From NCBI RefSeq assembly GCF_008831285.2, contig NC_045138.2, positions 25,420,001-25,484,000 of the forward strand: DNA of 64,000 nucleotides, read 5' to 3'. This document shows, in pieces, positions 52,721 through 64,000 of this stretch (position 1 is its first letter; each line of letters opens with the position of its first letter). Source of the stretch: Nymphaea colorata (Eukaryota). The position numbers were made by a program, and so were the translations under genes. The notes under the pieces were generated by a model. The model saw only the letters and a program-made list of their open reading frames with translations, searched no databases and was not told the origin of the DNA.

Positions 52721-54160
52721 TTGAGGGGCATTTTGTTGCAAACATGATGATATAAATACTTTTTTGCTTCATGAGCATGCAAAAAGATAAAGCATATTGT
52801 TGTTTCTTTTGATAAAAACTGGAATGAAGCTGTTTACAGCAATTACACTTGTCAAACGCTTCATCTATCATTGAAAAGGAAAAAGGTATTATACTAAGCT
52901 TTAAAGCAGTTGGAACAGCATATATCCTTTAGAAAATGTTCTAGCCTCCAGTCCAATCTCAGAGTAACATTTCATAAATCAACGACCGCTAAGTATAACG
53001 TGCACACATGGTAGAAGCAATTAATCTTGCTTTGAAGGTAGTATTTGGACATTCCAATATCATAGCACCATTTTCAGGCATAACATGCTAAGATATTGTT
53101 GATGGAAACTTGGACTTACTAATTTTCATTAGTTTTGATTATCAAAAGCACGACACCTAAAGCGCCAAAGAAGTTAGGGTTGCACATGAGCCGAGTCGAA
53201 ATTGGCTAGGTCGAGCTTGACTCGGTTCAAAAAACTTGAGCTCGAGCTCGGCTTGAACTTGAGTCAAGCTCCTTATAGCAAGCTCAAACTGTACTCAACT
53301 AAACAAAATCGAGATCGAACTCGACTCGTTTAACCCATTTAACTCATTTAACTTATGTAAGCGTGAACTCATGTAATTTATGAACATTTGTTTTTGCCCT
53401 AAACACTAAAACCAGTGATTCAGTAAACCGGATTTGGCAATATCATGTAGCAAGTCGAGTAGAGTATAAACAAGTCGAGTTCTTGAAACTCAAACTCGAC
53501 TCATTTATCATTTCGAGTATCTTTGTAAACTCGAACTCGGCTCGTTTATAAATGAGTCGAGCACAAGCCAAGTTTTTTCAAGCGAGTTCGAGTCGAGCCC
53601 AAGTTAGCGTGGCTCGTTGTGCAGTCCTTTAACAACCTGCTACTCTTGCAATTGTCTTGATAGTTAGACACCTGAAGGTCAAAGCACTACCTTCAAAGCA
53701 AGGTTGGTTACTTCTGCGATGCAGTTCGAATGCATCATGCTTGCAAAACTCTTTATTTCCTTCCAAAGGCAATGTTATGTTTATTTCTTCAATACATTAT
53801 AGGTTCTAAGATAATACTTAGACATTTAAATAATAAAGAGAGACAATTTATTGGTTACCTCTCATGAAAGCGTCAGAAATGGCTCATAGCTAGTTGTCAC
53901 TACTTTATGAAATGTTCCTCTGAGATCGGACCTGCATCATTTTCTAAATGATATGCTTTCCAGCGGCTTTAAAGCTTAGTATACTATACTTATCCTCCTC
54001 AATGATAGTTGAACCCTTGGACAAAGATATGATGTTGTCATATTGCATGATTCGCCTCATTCCAGTTTTGATTATAAGAAAAAAATCCGCTTTATTTTTG
54101 CATGATCAAGAAGCAAAATGATTTATATCATCATGTTTTCAACAAAACACACCTCCTCAC
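52721..54160. repeat. Long diverged inverted repeat (foldback), arms ~52721-53060 and ~53660-54160
   Basis: Left-arm words ttttgttgcaaacatgatgatataaat, atactaagctttaaagc, atctcagagtaacatttcataaa and cttgctttgaaggtagt all have reverse-complement matches in the right arm, in nested order. Confidence 0.85.
53175..53629. mobile_element. hAT-type MITE rich in GAGTCGAG/CTCGAG/AACTCG motifs
   Basis: TIR-like ends tagggttgcacatgagcc / ggctcgttgtgcagtcctt with dense subterminal repeats. TSD not recognisable. Confidence 0.7.
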
Positions 54161-56014
54161 TGACACGATGATCATCGACATAAACACATAATTTGTTATT
54201 CTATATCTTTACGCCATTAATTCCCCTTAAACTTTCTAGTAAAAATATGAAAACCTATAAAAAGTTCAAGATTTCGATGAGCAAGTAAACTCATGTAGCA
54301 TTTCAAGCTAAAAAGAAATAGCATTGGATAAATGTCCAACTAAAATTTATGAATAAGCTACAGCTTCAATCTGAGATACTCAACCAATCATTGGTTGCAG
54401 GTTGGAAGAGATTTCTACCGGTAGCTTGAATCAGCGAACAAATTGCAAACTTTTAGTACTTAGTCGATGTCGAACCCTTAGGAAATGGTGATGGTGAACT
54501 GGAAGGACATTCAAGTGATGTGTGATAGAGATACGCGTCTCTATGGGCGCAGAGACTTAATGATTCAATATCTACCATGGCGTTGAGGTTACTTTTTTTC
54601 TGGAAGCTGCTGTAAAAATCAAATAGTGGGAAACAACAGTAAGGATGTTTTATAATTTAATGAAAGTTTTAATATTTTTTTATCTAGAACAATGCCCAAT
54701 AAGAATTTAGTTTTGTATTAATGGACTCTCTCTCTTACGTCTGAAAAACCGTGCCTAATATGATTCAGCCGTTGCTAGAAGTTTTTAGCGACAGTGGATA
54801 GCGGATTTAAATCGTCCTAGTGATTTTTCGAAACGGTTTCCTTCTTTCTATAAACATGTTCCGCTGTTGTGTCTTGCCGGAGAAGCACGACCTTCCGATC
54901 ATGGAATGTATTGGCACGAGTCCCCCCGTCATTTGTAACTCGATTCTTGCATTTTTGTTTCCTTGACAGAAATAAACTCAAGTTTGGGCATTTTTCGGGA
55001 GGCATTTTTTTACACTAGATATATAGTTTTAACAATTGTAACAGTATCTGAGAGGGTAACAGTAAGCAATTTAATTATTTGTTCTTGAGTATGAGCTGTA
55101 CAGATCAACTTAGTCTTGATGCCAGACATGAAATCCAAGATCTGTTGGAATGGAAGCAGCAATAAAATTGTTCTGGTCTCGACCCATGTTCAGACTTTGG
55201 ATGTTAATCATGCCAACCGACCAGATATTGAAATTTCTTCTAGGTTGAGACACAAGAACATGGGATTTTATGTCCTTGGGCATTTCTGTGGGCTAAGATT
55301 GGAGGCAGAAAGATGTTTGATCTATATCATAACCAATCGATCCAAAAATGCTAATTTATATCGTGATCAAGTTCAGTAAAGCAAAAGTTAGATCAGGGTT
55401 TTGAATATATATGAAAAGATAACCAGGTTTTGTTGAAGAAATCAGAGGCAAAATTTCCTTCTTTTTCCTTTTACAAGCAGAATGGCATCACATGGAGCAC
55501 TCAACAACCAACTGTGTTTGTTCTAAATCCATGCAAGAACCAATACCATATTATGGGATTTTAATGGAGCTTACTGCATTTCATTCTACTGCAACCATGG
55601 ATAGGTTCTTGTTTGAATTTGTTCCTCACTTTCTCTTATTAAGGACCAGTAATATCATAATCCGATGAAAGCTATCTAAATCCGATCCAGAGTCTTGGTT
55701 CGAGTTGAATTCGAAACGGGTCCTGAAATAACGGATCAGTTCGCATAGACACTGGTTTACCGATTACCAGTGAGAGCGGCCACCAGAGGCGTTCCATCTC
55801 GCCATTTCTTCGCCGTTTCTCACTGGAAGTGATCGGCGGAAATTTTCTCGACACCTGATTGTTCTGTGCATCAACAGCACGCGGCTGCGTACGTCCCCGA
55901 GGATTGTTCGTGTGTAGATGGTAAGTGGAATCAGGAAGAGTGACGGCTGACGGGCTTGAGAAAGGGAGTGGAAGGGCGTCGGGTGAATAGATTATCAGTC
56001 AGACGTTTGTAAGA

Positions 56015-60197
<4,183 letters not shown>

Positions 60198-60897
60198 AAA
60201 TCAACAAGTTTGGATCAATCGGAGAATTGGTTTTGTCATCTCTATTGTATTCAGAGAGGCTGCTGTATTCAACCATGTGTAGTATGATGTTCCAGAAAAT
60301 ATCACATGCTTAGTATGCTTAATGAATGCATATATTTTTTGAAGCAGAATCTCTTTTCCTTGGACCGGTTAGGACGATTTGACTTGTTCATGTTCTTCTT
60401 TCAAGAATATGATCTTGTTATAGATCAGGCCACTAAAGACTTGCTTATATTACACGGACACTAATATGGTCAGTTTTGGTTTGCTGACAGATATTTCTTA
60501 CTATGTGGCCGACATATTCTGCAGGCTGTAATAAACAAATACCTCCTCAATCGGCACTACTGGATACATCTTAAAATCTCCGTGGCTTTCTTCGTCATTG
60601 AGAAAAATGAGAAAACTACCAAATGTTCGAAACTTGGAATAGGCTGATGAAGATCATGAGCTAGCTCTCCCTTACTTATAATAGTGCAGATTTGTAACAA
60701 AAGGAAGGGATATCAACTAATTCCTTTTTATAATCGAACTGGGGCGAGCCACTACTCGTGCATCAAATAATTAATAAAAGGAGGAGAATCACTTTATTCA
60801 AGGGTTGGCAAAGGAAGCATAGGTATCCTAGGCCAATGCATATGATCAAGATATCAATGTATCTATATTATTTACCATACCCACATAAACTACTTAA

Positions 60898-61455
60898 TTA
60901 GTTGTTATTATCCATCCAGAACGCAGACTGCAGCTCGTCAGTCACTTTCTTGTCGGTCTGGAAGGCCTTGGCAAGAAGGTCATCATAGATGGGTGGCTTT
61001 GCCCCGAACACTGCATTAGCAATTGTGATAACACCCGGGTTCTGGCTGCTCAGTGCAGCAATGGCCACAGCACCTCCTTCTCCAACGTTCTGCTGGAAGT
61101 GGATCAGCCCCTGCGGGAACACAAATACATCTCGTATATACAGCTTCTTTGTGAACAGCCAGTTCTCCGGGTTGCTGGTCACGAACCCCACGTAAAGGCA
61201 GCCTTCCAGCACCACCAGGATCTCGGTTGCACGGGGATGGGCGTGAGGTAGGGTCAGTCCCTTTGGAGCAAAGTCGATCCGAGCCAAGGAGATGCCTAAC
61301 GTGTTAAGTCCGGGGATTTGTTGCATGTTGACGGTGGTCACCATGGAGCCCAGTGGGTTCGATGTGTTGCCAGGCTTGTCCAGCCCATAGAAGAAGAAAT
61401 CTTCGGGCTTCGCCGTCATTGGGTTCTTGCAAAGCTTGCCATTCACAAAAACTGC

Positions 61456-61537
<82 letters not shown>

Positions 61538-61962
61538 ATGTATGTATGTATGTATGTATGTTGCATGCATGTCCTCAAGGGAGAGCAGAAACTCCCAATG
61601 AACTCCTTGTCCTCTTAGACTTAGAGTACATGGGTTGCTTAAGTGTCTTCAAGTGCTATCCCTGCTATCAACTTGTGTATCAGTGAGCTTCTTTTTACAG
61701 CACATTCTTTTTACAGCACAGGAGGTTGGTGCCCCTGACATTCAAAATGGTGATTGACTGTTTATCAGCCCTGCCTCAGTTGTGCCAAGCCTCTCTAAAA
61801 ACAAATACAGGCGCAGATATGAGAACTAGTTTTATAGCAAGAGTTGGAGGAAGTACTTGGGCTGTGACGATCGGCAACACAGAAGCCCTATAGGTGGACT
61901 GGGTCAGAGGCATGGCAGAGAACAGCCATAAGGGAGAGAAGGTCGAGGAATAGGAGCTTCAT
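60898..61962 (-). pseudogene. Germin-like protein (cupin) gene with a premature stop in exon 1
   Basis: Exon 1 61962-61857 MKLLFLDLLSLMAVLCHASDPVHL*GFCVADRHSP has TAG at 61890-61888 where the family has LQDFCVAD. Exon 2 61451-60898 is open: [61 protein letters not shown] at 62083-62076. Confidence 0.85.
61458..61560. repeat. (TA)n + (TATG)n microsatellite abutting the germin intron acceptor
   Basis: Direct reading. Confidence 0.9.
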
Positions 61963-62751
61963 CTTGTGATCGTTAGGCAAATGAGAGGAAATTCTGTGTG
62001 GTTGTCTGAAACGAACACGAGAGAAAAGTCCTTCTTGTGCTCTTGAGGATGCTGCTACATTCGGTGGACCTTCAATATTTATAAGGATTTGAAGAAGGCA
62101 TTGTCTCAGTTGGACACAGTTGAGTTCATGATTTTTTTTCTATTTAGTCGGTTGAACAGGTCATTTGGCCATTTCTTGCCGATGGGTATAATAATCTTCC
62201 AACTCTTTTGGGCAACTCTGCACTATATTCAACTCGATCAACGCCATCAGCAAGATGAGTTCTTCCTGAGATTTCGTGCATTAATTAGCATTCAGGCCAT
62301 TAAATTCAACCACGAGAAATTCAATTCAGATTTCTCACCATTCCACCGAACCACTACGCTGCCCCCGTGTACTTGGTCTTTCTCTTCAGGCTCACCAACC
62401 AAGAGAATAACGAAGAACAACTGAGTCTTCTTCCCGTTATTTCATCTAGATGTTAATAACATGTAAATTCACTATATGAAGTGAGATTATCAAGGCTGCA
62501 GCTGCCCTCAACTAGATTAAGTCGATTCAACTGGTTCAAGTTCACCGCAGGGTAGTTTATGGGTGGGTGAGTGGTTGGGCGGGGGCGGACCACCGCTCAG
62601 AGTCTCCATTCATCCAATGATAGGATCAACTTTTGGTATCTCAAGATGTTGTCATTGCCTTGCTTCAACTTACATGTCAATGACTTCCTTTTTAAAAGAG
62701 GTTTGTGTCCTGGGATTCAAATAGAAACGGACCATTTACCAACTCACATCC

Positions 62752-63249
62752 CAAGGGTGGAGGGAAGAGGTAAGCCTGGGCATCGGGCCGGTCCGGCCTG
62801 GCCCGCTAAGAAGTTGGGCTCGGGTCGGCCTGACACCCGAAGCCTGGGCCCAACCTGATTAAATTATAAAATATATATTTTTAATACAAAATAATATACA
62901 AAATATTAAAAATCATGATAAAATATTATGATTATATATAAAAATAATAGATTAAAAAACTGTTATCGGGCCCCACCTAAGCCGGCTGGGTGCCATTTTT
63001 TTCGGGCTCAGGCCAGGGCCGTGTGTCGGGTACCCACCGGCGGCCCGGTCCAGTGTCCAACCTTAGGAAGAGGGGGCCGGCAGAGGCCGTGGCTCTCCCT
63101 CAAAATTTTTGAGAGAAAAAATTATTGTTATATTTTGAAAAATTTTAATTTGGCTCTTATAAAAATTTTGAAAGTTATTGTTTGGGCTTTGTATAAATTT
63201 TGAAAATAATATCAAACATCCCAACAAAAAATTTCCGACTATGCACCTG
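62752..63249. mobile_element. Degenerate MITE (CAGGGGCGGAG-type) interrupted by a younger hAT MITE
   Basis: Removing 62771-63073 rejoins caagggtggagggaagagggggccggcagaggcc...aaaaatttccgactatgcacctg. catcc occurs on both flanks. Confidence 0.5.
62771..63065. mobile_element. hAT MITE with a perfect 8-bp TSD
   Basis: TIR-like ends taagcctgggcatcgggccgg / ccggtccagtgtccaacctta. ggaagagg at both 62763-62770 and 63066-63073. GC-rich GGGCC subterminal repeats around an AT-rich core. Confidence 0.9.
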
Positions 63250-63826
63250 CCATCCCCTTAAGAACCATCCCAGGGTAGTTGGGTTTCTAACTCATTTGCA
63301 GAAAACTTTAGCAAAAGAAAGTCAATAATTAATTAATTGGTGCAATTGGACCTGATAAAGTAGGGGCTTGCAATTACTTTGCATGAGTATGCCTGATCGA
63401 AGCTTGTCTCTTCATATTTATCAAAGGATAAGTGACAATATAGACGGACTTTCAAACGGCAGTACTGTATGGGGAAGTAATTTAGCGCAAGAGAGGACCT
63501 ACCAAACTTTATATAAGGAACTAGCGATGGTCAACTACGCACCTAACTTTTTCTTTGTATTGTTCGAAGAATAACTATGTTTTGCGCCGTGCATTCATGA
63601 TGACTTTAAAAAATATTGATGAAAAATTGCAAGTTTCATTAGCTTGCATTTTTTTCCAACTATTCATATACAAGATTCAGCATATAACATAAAAGATTTT
63701 TTTATTAGCGTTTGAAATATGTATTCAACATTTTTTTATTAATACTAGAAAGTTCTTCAAGAAGAACCTAACCTTATTAATTACAAAGTTACAGTCACTT
63801 TTCTTGCTTTGTAAAATAATTATTGG

Positions 63827-64000
63827 TAGGGATGTCAATATATCCGATTTGAATCGGATATCCGACCGATCTGATCCGAAAAAAACGGATATGGATAAAA
63901 ATTTAATATCCGATTAAGAAATCGGATCGGATTCGGATTTAATAAATGACATCCGATCAGATTCGGATTCGGATGCGGATATACATGAATATCAGATCGG
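63827..64000. mobile_element. Left end of an Ac/hAT-like element, truncated by the window edge
   Basis: Begins TAGGGATG (Ac-type TIR start), followed by dense ATCCGA/TCGGAT subterminal repeats. Confidence 0.75.

Noticed and set aside
52485..52871. 128-aa minus-strand ORF in the foldback arm
   Set aside because: No recognisable domain or splice context, and the frame is not preserved in the other arm.
55116..55379. Possible LINE remnant (FWxDW-like word on the minus strand)
   Set aside because: A single short motif with no further RT or endonuclease similarity visible.

Overview
Gene-rich angiosperm nuclear DNA: AT-rich, spliceosomal introns, microsatellites and many hAT/MITE insertions. Left to right: (1) three intronless secreted glycine-rich protein (GRP) genes, two of them a tandem duplication; (2) a 7-exon uncharacterised plant gene (-); (3) a 5-kb accessory patch with a decayed glycine-cleavage T-protein fragment, a decayed PLS-E-DYW PPR fragment and a possible spliced non-coding unit; (4) intronless UTP15/SWA1; (5) a RAD16-like SNF2/RING helicase with a GC-AG intron in its DEAH box and two related hAT elements in introns; (6) ELP5; (7) eIF3b (-); (8) a 1.4-kb foldback inverted repeat with a MITE in its loop; (9) a ROF1/FKBP62-like FKBP-TPR gene whose first PPIase domain has lost core residues; (10) a germin-like pseudogene; (11) nested MITEs and the left end of an Ac-like element. 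Exon boundaries were read by hand from GT/AG signals and frame continuity. Protein identities rest on remembered family motifs, not database searches. I cannot demonstrate a wholly new biological system. The best leads are the foldback repeat, the gene-fragment patch, the degenerate FKBP domain and the GRP pair.
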